NCBI GenBank assembly: GCA_036170915.1
Contig: JAVHQC010000033.1
Location: forward strand, 128,001-192,000
From: Cyanobacteria bacterium auto_48_18
Lineage (GTDB): Bacteria > Cyanobacteriota > Vampirovibrionia > Obscuribacterales > Obscuribacteraceae
Direction: 5' to 3'
DNA length: 64,000 nucleotides
This document shows positions 9,538 to 19,703 of this stretch, piece after piece. Below the pieces are notes generated by a model that saw only the letters and a list, made by a program, of their open reading frames with translations, was not told the DNA's origin and did not search any database. Position 1 is the first letter of the stretch, and every line of letters begins with the position of its first letter. The position numbers and the translations under genes were made by a program.

Positions 9538-11029
9538 ACTCACCCCACTCTGATTCAAAAAGATGAACAAGAGATTGGTTATTCAATTTGTTGACAGTTG
9601 AAACAGTGGGCATCATATCTTTTGCGAACGACAGCATGGGCGGAAGGGTGTCGGCTGAGACGTAGCGTAGCCCGTCGGGATACGCATCTTGTGAAGCGGG
9701 TTTGAAGGGCGCAAGACTTCCAATTACATAACCCCAGTCGCCAAAAGCAGGCACATAAGCGTGGTAAGGGGTTGTATGAAAACCAACTGACCGCAGAGTT
9801 TGGTCTACGCACCAGAACGAATTTTTTGCATAAAATGGTGATGTGCTTTGCACCACGACCATGCCATCAGGTTTGAGCACGTTTTTTAAAGTCTTGTAAA
9901 ACGTGTCGCTATAAAGTTTTCCAAGAGAATAATTACTGGGATCAGGAAAGTCTATGACCGCCAGATCAAACTTTTGTGTTGTGGTGCGCAGCCAGATAAA
10001 AGCGTCATTGATAATCACTTTTACTTTGCTGTTATTCAAAGAATTCTGGTTCAGGCGAGTGAGCATGCCCTGATTTTGAAAAAGCACCGTCATTTCTTTG
10101 TCTAGATCGACGAGTGTAATTGTTTGCACCGAGGGATATTTGAGCAATTCGCGCACCGCTAAGCCGTCGCCGCCACCAAGCACCAGAATGTCTTTTGGAG
10201 CATTGATACTGGCCATGGCCGGGTGCACCAGTGCTTCGTGGTAGCGATATTCGTCTCGCGAGCTAAACTGCAAATTGCCATTGAGGAAAAGCCTCAAGTC
10301 TTTCGAGTTTCCGGTAAGTACAATGCGCTGATACGGGGTTGACGTTGAGTAAATCACAGGATCTTGAAATGTCGAAGCCTCGGCTATTCCCATTAGTTTG
10401 TCTGCAAAAGCAAAACCACAGACCAGTGCAAAAATCAGAAAATATGCCGTAGATTTCAAAGTGTTCTTATAGGGCAATTCGTTGCGAAACAGGTGAATGG
10501 TCCACACTGCTACACCAAGATTGAATAAACCAAATAGAAAAGACGTTCTAATTAAACCCAGGTAGGGTACCAGCACCAGAGGGAACAGCAGTGACGCTAG
10601 AAGAGCACCCACATAATCGAAGGTGAAGACTTGAGAGACCAGATCTTTAAAGTCGAGGCGGTCTTGAAGAATGCGCATCAGCAGCGGTATTTCTAGGCCG
10701 ATTAGAATGCCGATGATAGCCACAAGGCTGTAGAGCAGAATACGAAAATTGTCTATCTGATTGAACAAGAGAAATAGCAGTGTCGCTGAGCAACCGCCAA
10801 TTAATCCTACTAATAGTTCAACCTGCACAAAAGTAAAGGCGATGTTTTTCTCTACGTATTTAGAGAGAAAAGAGCCGATGCCCATAGAAAATAGGTATAC
10901 GCCTATGACAGTAGAAAACTGAGTGATGGAATCGCCCAGCAGATAACTGGCGATGGTTCCGGCAATCAATTCGTAAATTAGACCGCAAGTTGAGATGACA
11001 AATGCGGTAATTAAAAGGGCGTATGTCAA
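9521..11029 (-). CDS. speE: Membrane-fused polyamine aminopropyltransferase (spermidine synthase-like)
   Basis: N-terminal TMs (CGLIYEL), LFLNGNLQFSSRDEYRYHE, LGGGDGLA, DFPDP. Confidence 0.9.
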   Translation of the reverse strand: MTYALLITAFVISTCGLIYELIAGTIASYLLGDSITQFSTVIGVYLFSMGIGSFLSKYVEKNIAFTFVQVELLVGLIGGCSATLLFLLFNQIDNFRILLYSLVAIIGILIGLEIPLLMRILQDRLDFKDLVSQVFTFDYVGALLASLLFPLVLVPYLGLIRTSFLFGLFNLGVAVWTIHLFRNELPYKNTLKSTAYFLIFALVCGFAFADKLMGIAEASTFQDPVIYSTSTPYQRIVLTGNSKDLRLFLNGNLQFSSRDEYRYHEALVHPAMASINAPKDILVLGGGDGLAVRELLKYPSVQTITLVDLDKEMTVLFQNQGMLTRLNQNSLNNSKVKVIINDAFIWLRTTTQKFDLAVIDFPDPSNYSLGKLYSDTFYKTLKNVLKPDGMVVVQSTSPFYAKNSFWCVDQTLRSVGFHTTPYHAYVPAFGDWGYVIGSLAPFKPASQDAYPDGLRYVSADTLPPMLSFAKDMMPTVSTVNKLNNQSLVHLFESEWGEYVDAH

Positions 11030-11035
11030 CCGAGT

Positions 11036-11254
11036 TTACCCATGAATGGCGGCGGCGATTATATTGCCGACTGCAATCATCATGGCTGCAAGAGCAATGG
11101 CGAGAGGCAAATTCTTTTCTATGACAATGTCTTTCCACAAATCGCCTGGGGTGAGCCAGTCAAAAACCTTTGTGGCAAAGCACAATATTGCTATTCCGAG
11201 CGAGGCATAAACTAGTGCCGCCAGAATATATTTTGCCGTTAGTACTTGTTCCAT
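11036..11254 (-). CDS. DUF350-like small membrane protein
   Basis: FDWLTPGDLWKDIV..KNLPLAI...IIAAAIHG pattern; operon context; GGAG SD upstream. Confidence 0.85.
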   Translation of the reverse strand: MEQVLTAKYILAALVYASLGIAILCFATKVFDWLTPGDLWKDIVIEKNLPLAIALAAMMIAVGNIIAAAIHG

Positions 11255-11281
11255 AAAATTCTCCTTTGATTGTCTGAATGA

Positions 11282-11422
11282 TTATTTGTGATAGTGACCG
11301 CCTGGTCCCAGTGGTCTCGATGCGGAAACGGCAAATGGGTCAACCACTTTGTAGCCGTTCATGCCTGCGTAGACAAAAATCGCGCATAGCAGCGAGCCCG
11401 TAACAAAATAAAAGCGAACCAT
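11282..11422 (-). CDS. 46-aa small membrane protein (not in ORF track)
   Basis: Hand translation MVRFYFVTGSLLCAIFVYAGMNGYKVVDPFAVSASRPLGPGGHYHK; GAGG SD upstream; fills the operon gap. Confidence 0.75.
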   Translation of the reverse strand: MVRFYFVTGSLLCAIFVYAGMNGYKVVDPFAVSASRPLGPGGHYHK

Positions 11423-11431
11423 GTTCTGACC

Positions 11432-12772
11432 TCACTCACTTGAAACGTAGGGACTAAAATCGCTATTAGACCAGCGGCTTACTTCTTCTTGGCGCATGGC
11501 ACCCCAGCTGACTAAGGGTAATATGGAAAGGAAAAATGCAAACCAGAAATAGTTGTCGTAGAGAGGTACTCCTCGTATCACTTTCAAGTTGTATTGATCT
11601 TTATTATTGGAAGCGTAGCCACCACTTTCGGTGTCAAGGTTTAGGTAATATTTTCCGCCTGGAACAGCGGAAATAGAGAGCGCTGCTTCGGAGCTGCCTT
11701 CGGTCCAGGCGCCATCACTATCGGTGCCATAATAATATTCCACTGTTCGCTCAAAGGGATAAGAAGCACCAGTGGTGTTATTAACAAGTTCGCCGGAGAC
11801 ATAAAACCAACTATTGCTCACCGGTGCGTGCACAGTAATCTGCACATTAGACATCTCTTTTTCGAGAGTAAATACCGGCGTAGTCTGGTCGTTTTGTTTG
11901 CCGTTCTGCAAATAAATACCGCGGTAATCACAGGCGACCTCATTTGGAGAAGTGCCAGAAATCCAGATTTGGGCGCAGGTGATAAAGGCTAAAAATAGTG
12001 CCCATAACATGCACATTTGTTCCCAGCGCTTTTTCGCTCTGGGCGGCTCATTGGCAGCTGTTCCGCTGGGGTTCGGCAGCTTATCTAGTTTGAATGTCTT
12101 CTTAATTTCATTGTGCGAAATATACTCGCCGATACTCCAGACCACTTCGCTTTCGTCTTTTTCGCATGAGAGCATCAAAGGCGGGTCAATGTAGTCAGCT
12201 GTGTTGGTTTGGCTGCCAATGACCACTCGCCAGTAAAATTCACCAATCACATAATCAACTTGAGTACGGCCAGAGTTGAAAATCCGATAGCGCTTGCTGT
12301 CTAGTGTGAGAACCTCGCCATACCTTCCGAGACCAGCGACTTTTAAATTAGTCTCTGGTTTTTTCTTGATGGTGGTGATGAAGTTCCAGTGACCTTTATC
12401 TTCAACCAACCATCTGTATCCATAGAACGGATTGAACAGTAAATATTCCGTCCAGAAGTAGGCGCTATTCACATCAGAGCGCGCCATGAATCCAATTACT
12501 TCCCAGGTTTTACCTTTGAGCGATCCCCGCTGCCCTAGCGGAATTAGAGGCTCATACAGTTTTGTGCTTTTGAAGAATTTGGTCAGGATTTGGTAATTTT
12601 CATTGGCAACGTCGATGATTGATTGGCAGTTATCGCAAACCACCGTCATGGACGCACCAGGATATCGCAGTGTGATTGACCCACCACAGTTAGGGCAGGC
12701 AAACATCTTCACTCGCGGTTTTTTTACCGACGGGTTGGGAACATCAGGAATGTCGGCATTACCAGCCATCAA
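11432..12772 (-). CDS. DUF4178-like protein with zinc ribbon and two TMs
   Basis: CPNCG...CDNC zinc ribbon, WTEYLL...YRWLVE, GEFYWRV. Confidence 0.85.
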   Translation of the reverse strand: MMAGNADIPDVPNPSVKKPRVKMFACPNCGGSITLRYPGASMTVVCDNCQSIIDVANENYQILTKFFKSTKLYEPLIPLGQRGSLKGKTWEVIGFMARSDVNSAYFWTEYLLFNPFYGYRWLVEDKGHWNFITTIKKKPETNLKVAGLGRYGEVLTLDSKRYRIFNSGRTQVDYVIGEFYWRVVIGSQTNTADYIDPPLMLSCEKDESEVVWSIGEYISHNEIKKTFKLDKLPNPSGTAANEPPRAKKRWEQMCMLWALFLAFITCAQIWISGTSPNEVACDYRGIYLQNGKQNDQTTPVFTLEKEMSNVQITVHAPVSNSWFYVSGELVNNTTGASYPFERTVEYYYGTDSDGAWTEGSSEAALSISAVPGGKYYLNLDTESGGYASNNKDQYNLKVIRGVPLYDNYFWFAFFLSILPLVSWGAMRQEEVSRWSNSDFSPYVSSE

Positions 12773-13388
12773 TTGGCCTCAAATTTTTAAATTGGAAATC
12801 ATCGAAGTCTAGATAATGGCCGATGAAAGTGCGTGTTTCTTTTGCAGCATACTCAATTGTCGCCATCTCCAGCTCAAAGCCGGTTAGGTCAACGCTGGTT
12901 GATTGTCTCCCTTGTACCGCATCGAAGGGCAATTCGCCTTCGCTATAGAGGCATTTGACTACTCGAATGTCTTCAATTTCGTAAATGCCCTTTTCTTTCA
13001 AATCTACTGCCTGACCGATTTTTAGAGTTTTGACCGGTGGCAGGTCAGTCGCCTCATATGGGTAACAGAAAGCTAAAAATCCCTGTGCTTCTGCCAGCCA
13101 GGCAACACGTTCGTCACCAAATGTGGTGAACCACTCATTCCAAAATCCATCGCTGTATCCAACTTTAAGTCGGCCAATAATCTCAAACTTTTCTTTGTTG
13201 TACATACCGGTGGTGCCGATTTGAAAAGGAGTGAGATCATCTTGCAAATCGGCAATTTTGCCAATTTCGTCCAGGTTCATATCTTGACGAACCAAACTAG
13301 ATTTGCAGAAACTACAAACTGCAAACACCGAAGATTTTGACTGAAAATTGACGTTTGCACCACATGAGGGGCAACTCAATGTCAGCAT
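12759..13388 (-). CDS. DUF4178-like protein with zinc ribbon
   Basis: CPSCGA...CSFCKS, GFWNEWF, WLAEAQG, EGELPF. Confidence 0.85.
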   Translation of the reverse strand: MLTLSCPSCGANVNFQSKSSVFAVCSFCKSSLVRQDMNLDEIGKIADLQDDLTPFQIGTTGMYNKEKFEIIGRLKVGYSDGFWNEWFTTFGDERVAWLAEAQGFLAFCYPYEATDLPPVKTLKIGQAVDLKEKGIYEIEDIRVVKCLYSEGELPFDAVQGRQSTSVDLTGFELEMATIEYAAKETRTFIGHYLDFDDFQFKNLRPIDGW

Positions 13389-14381
13389 TTACGAAATACT
13401 CTTAAGCAGTTCTGCCTTCTTCGCATCAAACTCTTCTTGGGTGAGCACGCCCTTTGTCACCAGACCGTGCAATTTTTCCAGCTTGTCATACACGTCTTCT
13501 TGACTGGCACCACCTGCTGCGGCGGGTGAGCCACCAGGCATGGCTTGAGCCATAGTTTGTCCTAAGGCAGCACCGACGCCCAGACCCATTCCGGCTCCTG
13601 CCAGACCGCCGGGATTGTTCGCCGCATCTTTAATGCTGTCGGCAGCTTGGAAGTTGGCATACTTTTTCAAGTCGCCGACAAGATTCATCTGAGACTGCTT
13701 GTCGAGATATTCTTGCAATTCTTCGGGCAAAGTAACGCTTTGCACCAGGAAGGTGTTCAACTTCAAACCATACTGGAGAAATGCCAAATCAAGCTCAGAT
13801 TTCATCTGCTCTGAAAACTTTTGCTGATTGGCGGCCAGGTCTAAGAAGGCGGTATCAGCCTGGCCAAGCTTAGTGGCAATTTGCGTGATAATCATCGAAC
13901 GCAACTGGCCGTCTAATTCACTGGTTGTATAAGCCTGCCGGGAGCCACTGATTTTCTGATAAAACGTGGTGGGCTCTTCGACTTGATATGAGAATGTGCC
14001 GAAAGCTCTTAAGCGAATTACGCCAAATTCTTTGTCGCGAATAGAAATTGGCTGCTGCGTTCCCCAGCGTTGATCTATTTGCTCGCGTGTAGAGAAAAAG
14101 TAAACTTCAGACTTAAAGGGCGACTTGAAAGCTTTGTCCCAGTTCATCAGCGTGGTGAGAATCGGCATGTTCTGAGTGTTTAATGTATAGCGGCCAGGGC
14201 CGAAGCAGTCTGCGACATTGCCTTCATTGACGAAAAGTGCCATTTGCGAATCGCGAACAGTCAGTTGGGCACCAGATTGAATTTCTTTGTCGAGCGTGGG
14301 AAAGCGGTAGGCGAGCACGCCATCTGTTTCTTCTGTCCACTCGATAACTTCAATGAACTGCTTTTTGAAAATGTCTAACAT
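13389..14381 (-). CDS. SPFH/band-7-like (YdjI-type) protein with C-terminal SHOCT-like segment
   Basis: FIEVIEW, GAQLTVRDSQMA, FGPGRYTL, SPFKSEVYF; C-terminal GVLTQEEFDAKKAELL. Confidence 0.88.
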   Translation of the reverse strand: MLDIFKKQFIEVIEWTEETDGVLAYRFPTLDKEIQSGAQLTVRDSQMALFVNEGNVADCFGPGRYTLNTQNMPILTTLMNWDKAFKSPFKSEVYFFSTREQIDQRWGTQQPISIRDKEFGVIRLRAFGTFSYQVEEPTTFYQKISGSRQAYTTSELDGQLRSMIITQIATKLGQADTAFLDLAANQQKFSEQMKSELDLAFLQYGLKLNTFLVQSVTLPEELQEYLDKQSQMNLVGDLKKYANFQAADSIKDAANNPGGLAGAGMGLGVGAALGQTMAQAMPGGSPAAAGGASQEDVYDKLEKLHGLVTKGVLTQEEFDAKKAELLKSIS

Positions 14382-14711
14382 CTGGCACTCCCGCCTGCAT
14401 TTAAAGGGAAGAAAAACTGCTATGAATCCAAGTGCATCTAACTATTTTAGATGTTACCTGCTCGGAAACCGTTTAATCTTCGAAAGTACAAAATTGTTTA
14501 GCTTTTCAAGTGCCACGGTCTGCTTTTGAAGCAACTAATCAAGCAGTTTGCTCGCCAGTGGAAAGCCACTAAGGTTAAGTGGGCTTCGCTCAGCAGGTGT
14601 CGTGCTGGCACCGTATCTGGTGCGTTGACTCTAATATGAAAATGGCCTCGGCATGCATGTTTGGCTTACTGCTTTCAAAATCCTGTAAGATGATGCCTTC
14701 ATTTTTGAGGT

Positions 14712-15329
14712 ATGTTCATGAGTCTTTCTAGAACGATATTGGCAGCTTCAGTCACCTTTGCCATTGCTACAGCAGTAGCGCCCTTTACTGGCCTGGGTCT
14801 TATTGAGCGTGCCCACGCTGACTCGTTACCTGCGACAAAAGAAGCCCAAGCATCTGCAGAGGGCGCGCTTAAGGAATTTGTTGAATATAAGAATTCTGAA
14901 CGAGGCATCAGCATTGAATATCCAAAGACTTGGGAGATGATTGAACCCAAAGACTCACCAATCATCTGCAAATTTAAAGGCTTGGGTGGCTTAGTTAGCT
15001 ATCGAGTCTATTCGGAGCCATTGCCGGCAACCATGACATTAGAGGCTTACACTAAGGCCTCGCTTGATGCGCTCAAAAACGGCATGGCGCAAGCTAATAT
15101 TCCAATAGAGATGGTCAGTGAAAAAGCTGCTGTTTTTGCTGGAAGTCCAGCAACTGAAATTACCTACATCATAAAAGACATAGAAGCCAAGTGCACTGCC
15201 AAGGCTCTTATGATTATGACCACCAACAAATCGCGCGGTTTTGGTCTGAACTACACTGCCGATAGCGAATACTATGACACTTTCATGCCTGTGATAAACG
15301 CTGCTTCCAAATCAATGAAGGTTCTATAG
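14712..15329 (+). CDS. Secreted PsbP/DcrB-like fold protein
   Basis: Signal peptide ending AHA; YKNSERGISIEYPKTW motif. Confidence 0.6.
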   Translation: MFMSLSRTILAASVTFAIATAVAPFTGLGLIERAHADSLPATKEAQASAEGALKEFVEYKNSERGISIEYPKTWEMIEPKDSPIICKFKGLGGLVSYRVYSEPLPATMTLEAYTKASLDALKNGMAQANIPIEMVSEKAAVFAGSPATEITYIIKDIEAKCTAKALMIMTTNKSRGFGLNYTADSEYYDTFMPVINAASKSMKVL

Positions 15330-15331
15330 CT

Positions 15332-15922
15332 TCAGGCATCTTCTTTTTTAGGCAAAGCGTTTTTTATAACGTCTTTGACTCCCTCAGCACCACCCAGCCC
15401 TTTGACGACAAAGGCGCCACCGATGGCAAAGGGTAGAAACATCAAAATTGTTTGCATAAGCGTGAGCGATGGAAAGCGGAATGTTAACGTGAAAAGAATG
15501 GCTAGCAGTAAAGTTACGCAGCTGCCGACAGTGATGACTTGGCCCCATTTATTTCTGGCGTTGTAAATCATCATGCTGATGCCGATGAGCAAAGGCAGTA
15601 AAAAGAAGACTAGACCACTGCCGCCGCCCATCATCATGGCTAAAAAGCCATTGCCGACTTGAACGTGGGTGAAGACCAGAAATAAACCTAGAACAAGTAG
15701 GCCGACGCCACCAAAATAATAGCCGTCAGATCGGTTCAGGGGCGCAATATCGCCACCAGCGCTAGAACCGTATGTGCCACCATTTTGCAGGCCGCCTTTT
15801 TTGCGATTAGTCAAGTCGGTACGACTACTGGCGTTGCTGGTCACTATGTCAGCTTGTTCTTTGAGGACAGTGGTTTCCAGCTCCACTAATTTCCGCTGAA
15901 TTTCCTCTTCCTTCTTATTCAT
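15332..15922 (-). CDS. Membrane protein, unknown function
   Basis: N-terminal coiled segment plus four TM segments. Confidence 0.75.
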   Translation of the reverse strand: MNKKEEEIQRKLVELETTVLKEQADIVTSNASSRTDLTNRKKGGLQNGGTYGSSAGGDIAPLNRSDGYYFGGVGLLVLGLFLVFTHVQVGNGFLAMMMGGGSGLVFFLLPLLIGISMMIYNARNKWGQVITVGSCVTLLLAILFTLTFRFPSLTLMQTILMFLPFAIGGAFVVKGLGGAEGVKDVIKNALPKKEDA

Positions 15923-16216
15923 TAATTCGCTTGCCCTCTGGCTTTGAGAATAACTTGTGAATCCCGCCGGGCGCTTGATCGCCTTAGCTGATCGCTAGCA
16001 TATCACCCCGCTATATGCCCTCATAGCGGCCTTTTTACACCTTAAGGCCGCGTGACTGATAAAAGCGCAGATAAATGTGGAATATATATACTCAAAAGTT
16101 TCATTATTAATGCCCCGCTGCCGTTTTTAGTGCCCAATAGCAAAAGAAAATGGTGGCGCAGGTCTGATACCACGTTTATACTTGAAAAAATTAGCAGCAA
16201 TTCTTCTTTGGTAGCC

Positions 16217-17707
16217 ATGATTAATAAATTTCCCACTCGCAAGCTTAGTCTTACTATTGCTCTCTCTGTCTCGCTTTCAGCGCTTAGCTTGGTGTTGACT
16301 TGTGCTCAATCAGCCACGGCCAGTGGTGGCGTCGCCGGTGAGGCCAAAATGCCTCTGCTGCACGCCTCAAGTGTTGTGCCTATGGATACATTAAATCCAC
16401 CAGGTATGGCTGAAGGCTCCGGCGTCTGGGTTAATCTCTGGAACTACCCTAAAAACGATATTGAAGGCTATTGCCAGAAAATCTATGGCAATGGCATTCG
16501 CAATCTATTTGTTCAAACCTCACGCAGTACCACCCAAGCCATCACTCAGCCGGCGGAGTTGAGTCAGCTGATTGAGGCCTGCCACAAATATCATATTCGG
16601 GTAATTGCCTGGTCATTTGCCGAACTGAAAAATCCCATTGCTGACGCCGACAAGATGATTGAGGCTGCTCGTTTTCGCACGCCTAGCGGCGATCGGCTTG
16701 ACGGTATCGCCCCCAATCTCGAAAACAATTTGAGCAAAGCTGCAGTTGAGACTTACAGCAAGCATATAAGAGATGCCATTGGCAGCGGTTACCCTATGAT
16801 GGCCGTTGTTTACAGCCCGCTCAACCGAGCCCCCGCTGTGGCCATGACGCCATGGAAAGTACTAGCCAAGCATTATGATGTCATTGCGCCAATGGCCTAC
16901 TGGAATGGACGCTATCAAACCGTTGACGCCTACACCTACACCAAGCAAACAGTGGAGCGTGTGCGCCAGTTGACCGAAAAGCCTGATGTCGAAGTGCACG
17001 TCATTGGAGACGGCATGGGCACCAGAGCCAATGAAATCACAGAATTTATTCGCGCCTGCCGCGATGTCGGAGCCCAAAGCGCCAGCCTTTACCCGAACCA
17101 GCGCACAACTGAAGAGCAATTTGGGGCCATGGCGCGTTATTCAGACTTGATGCCAGCCAATGGTCGCCATCGGTTAGAAGTGCTAAGAACTCTTCTGTCA
17201 CGTGGAGTTGTGGCCAGCCCGCCGACTTTTGACCCAGCCAAGCCTTTGAGCCGCGGGGAATTTATGAAAGTTGTTGCCCACGGTTTGAAAGTTAATAGCG
17301 CTACCGACAGCCATTCTGCTTTCAATTATTTCAAACAGCTTGGTGTGGTTGACCTGGTTGCCACTGAGTTTCCTGAAATGGCGGACGATGACGACTTAGT
17401 TTCACCTATCAGTTTGCAAGCCGGCCAGAAATTTGTCGCTCTTGCTAAGAAGGCAGTTGCCAACCAGGCTAAATCACGCGCCAAGGCTGGTAAGAAGCCT
17501 GCAGTCGCCCCGGTTTCAAGTTCGAGCTCATACTTGACCATCAATCGGCCAACTCGAGTTGATCGCCTCTTTGCTGCACCTGTCTTTGCCGCTGCCAGTG
17601 AGCGTGCACAAGGTACGCCGGTGGCTATTGACGCAAAATACAACAACAAGCAGCACCACATTAACTACCTGGACGCAGCTCAGCTGTTCGAAGACCTGAA
17701 TAACTAA
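16217..17707 (+). CDS. Secreted glycoside-hydrolase-like TIM-barrel protein with SLH-like motif
   Basis: Signal peptide; LIEACHKYHIRVIAW, DGIAPNLE, DVIAPMAYW; FDPAKPLSRGEF SLH-like; start placed at MINKF. Confidence 0.6.
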   Translation: MINKFPTRKLSLTIALSVSLSALSLVLTCAQSATASGGVAGEAKMPLLHASSVVPMDTLNPPGMAEGSGVWVNLWNYPKNDIEGYCQKIYGNGIRNLFVQTSRSTTQAITQPAELSQLIEACHKYHIRVIAWSFAELKNPIADADKMIEAARFRTPSGDRLDGIAPNLENNLSKAAVETYSKHIRDAIGSGYPMMAVVYSPLNRAPAVAMTPWKVLAKHYDVIAPMAYWNGRYQTVDAYTYTKQTVERVRQLTEKPDVEVHVIGDGMGTRANEITEFIRACRDVGAQSASLYPNQRTTEEQFGAMARYSDLMPANGRHRLEVLRTLLSRGVVASPPTFDPAKPLSRGEFMKVVAHGLKVNSATDSHSAFNYFKQLGVVDLVATEFPEMADDDDLVSPISLQAGQKFVALAKKAVANQAKSRAKAGKKPAVAPVSSSSSYLTINRPTRVDRLFAAPVFAAASERAQGTPVAIDAKYNNKQHHINYLDAAQLFEDLNN

Positions 17708-17994
17708 GATTTAGGCGGCTTCAAAGCTTTTCTGCGAATATGGTTATAGTGGAAGCCAGTACGGGTAAATGATTATCGGAACACCGTTTGTCGATACTCG
17801 TTTTGGGCTCAGTAAAATGAGCGTTCTGCTTTAAAAAGCGTCAGGGATATTCCTTTTGAAGTTGACATAGATCTCCAATAATCCTGCAGGCCAGTGTGCT
17901 TGTAGGATTTTTTGCCTGATTATCAAATCGCATCGAATATTCTTGTGGTATCACTTTCTGTGTTTTATTTATCCCTTCGTTTCGGAGGATAGTT

Positions 17995-18585
17995 ATGCTA
18001 GTAACCGTAACTGGACGCAATATTGAACTGACACCTGCTCTCAAGGAGTATTTGACTGAAAAGTTGCAGCGAGCCCAAAAGCATTTTGATCACAGGCTCG
18101 ACTGTACCGCTCTATTGAGTGTGGCAAAAAATCCTTCCATTGCGAAGAGCCAGAAGGCGGAAATCACAATCAAGGTCAACGGCAACGTTATTCGCGGTGA
18201 AGAAGCCACCGAAAACATGTATGCGTCGATTGACTTGGTTGCAGATAAGATTGAAAGACAATTGCGCAAGTACAAAACGCGCCATTACACCAAGACGGGC
18301 AAAGCGAAAGATTATAGCGAAGATGATAGTGCAGAGGTCACTGATGACGATCTGGAGCCAATCAATTTTGCCGTCAATAAAGATAGTTCAGCTGATGACA
18401 TTCGACCGAAGATTGTTCGCTCCAAGCGCTTCCCGCTTAAGCCGATGATGGCTGATGAAGCCTGCAAGCACATGGACCTTCTTGGACACGATTTCTTCAT
18501 GTTCATCAACTCAGAATCGAATCACGTCAACACGGTTTATCACCGTCGCGATGGCAACTACGGACTGATTGAGCCGGAGGCTTAG
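17995..18585 (+). CDS. hpf: Ribosome hibernation promoting factor (long HPF/LrtA)
   Basis: VTGRNIELTPAL, MYASIDLVADKIERQLRKYK, GHDFFMF, YHRRDGNYGLIEP. Confidence 0.95.
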   Translation: MLVTVTGRNIELTPALKEYLTEKLQRAQKHFDHRLDCTALLSVAKNPSIAKSQKAEITIKVNGNVIRGEEATENMYASIDLVADKIERQLRKYKTRHYTKTGKAKDYSEDDSAEVTDDDLEPINFAVNKDSSADDIRPKIVRSKRFPLKPMMADEACKHMDLLGHDFFMFINSESNHVNTVYHRRDGNYGLIEPEA

Positions 18586-18606
18586 TTTCAGTAAATTGGG
18601 TTTCAC

Positions 18607-18633
18607 GGGCGCTGCTTCGGTGGCGCCCTTTTT
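18607..18633 (+). terminator. Intrinsic terminator after hpf
   Basis: GGGCGCTGC-TTCG-GTGGCGCCC followed by TTTTT. Confidence 0.85.
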
Positions 18634-18743
18634 CTTGTGGATCGGTTGGGGGTGCGAAATTGAATAAATTGATGGTCGGTGGATCGGGTGGTGCTAAATT
18701 GGATAAATCGGCCATCAAACATTGTAATTACGCCGTAATTACA

Positions 18744-19181
18744 ATGTTGCATGGTGGAATTTTTCGTTTGGCGATGGTGCTAGGTGTCTGTGCACTTATC
18801 ACCGTGTTTTTGGCTCTTCCTGTTGGAGCAGACGAGTTAGATGACCTCGCGAATCAAATAAAAGACCCAAATTCACTTGAAACACAAGCGGATGTATGTC
18901 GTGTGCGTGATGAGAACGATAAGGCTATTGTGCATTATTTGGCAGCATCGAAATTAAAGAATTCCGCCACCATCCAGGTTAAGCTTGGGCAGTCATATCA
19001 AGCTTTGGGAGATTCGCCTCGCGCAATAGCTAGCTATAAAAAGGCAATGACAATGCCTTTAAAAGATGTAGATGTCCGAAACGCTTTGATATCGTGATGG
19101 GAAATAGAGCTAAAGTTGGCAAAAAGCAAAAAAGAGAAGGCAAATATTGCTGCAGTATTGGCTCTACTTACTAAGCTATGA
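18744..19181 (+). pseudogene. Short secreted TPR gene related to the 1289-aa TPR protein, interrupted by in-frame TGA at 19095-19097
   Basis: ADVCRVRDENDKAI...VKLGQSYQA...ALIS*WEIELK aligns to ADVYRVRDENDKAI...VKLGQAYQA...ALVSGWEEALK. Confidence 0.65.
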
Positions 19182-19211
19182 GGCAAATTGAGAAAGTAAT
19201 CAAAGCGGATG

Positions 19212-19703
19212 TTACGGCACTGCCTTCGGTGGCATCGTTGTATTCAGCTTCCGCCCGTGCAGACCGTCGAGTTGCCCTAATCGGTGTTCGAATTTGTAAT
19301 GCACATATTCAACAGGTGGCTGTTTTTTCTGCGCAATGCCCTTTTTATGTTGTGCAAACTGAGTGGCATTTTTATTGTTGTTAGAGCAGCCGCTTAAGCT
19401 GACAGAGAGTGCTAGTGAAATCGTTAATATTGCGGCAACCGATTGTACGCTACTACGCGCGTTTTTTTCCGATGTGTTTGATTTCAGCGGTTGTCGAAAT
19501 GCAACGCAAATGTTTTCGCCTTGATCGACACGCAATCGGAGTGCCTGAATTTCTTTATTACTATATTCGCTTACATCTTGAACATCGCAGTGACATTGCT
19601 GGCAGTTGCGGACATCACCTTTGCCGGCAAGGTCTTTCCATTTCTTTTGGCATGTAAAAGAAAGAGGTATAGCGTTCGATTGCCCAAGTTCCATTTCTCG
19701 CAT
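19212..19703 (-). CDS. Cys-rich N-terminal domain protein with internal lipobox-like motif
   Basis: CxxKWxD...VRxCxQCxCxVQD...GExICVxFR, then hydrophobic stretch ending LSGC. Confidence 0.7.
   Translation of the reverse strand: MREMELGQSNAIPLSFTCQKKWKDLAGKGDVRNCQQCHCDVQDVSEYSNKEIQALRLRVDQGENICVAFRQPLKSNTSEKNARSSVQSVAAILTISLALSVSLSGCSNNNKNATQFAQHKKGIAQKKQPPVEYVHYKFEHRLGQLDGLHGRKLNTTMPPKAVP

Noticed and set aside
14712..15329. PsbP-like protein as evidence of photosynthesis
   Set aside because: The PsbP/DcrB-like fold is widespread in non-phototrophs and no photosystem genes are present here.
18637..18710. Imperfect direct repeat GTGGATCGG...AAATTG(A/G)ATAAAT after the hpf terminator
   Set aside because: Two degenerate copies only, with no integrase or other context to call it an att site.
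19095..19097. Genome-wide TGA=Gly recoding
   Set aside because: TGA ends conserved genes at their expected positions (mnmA, radA, rarA) and no other gene shows internal TGA.
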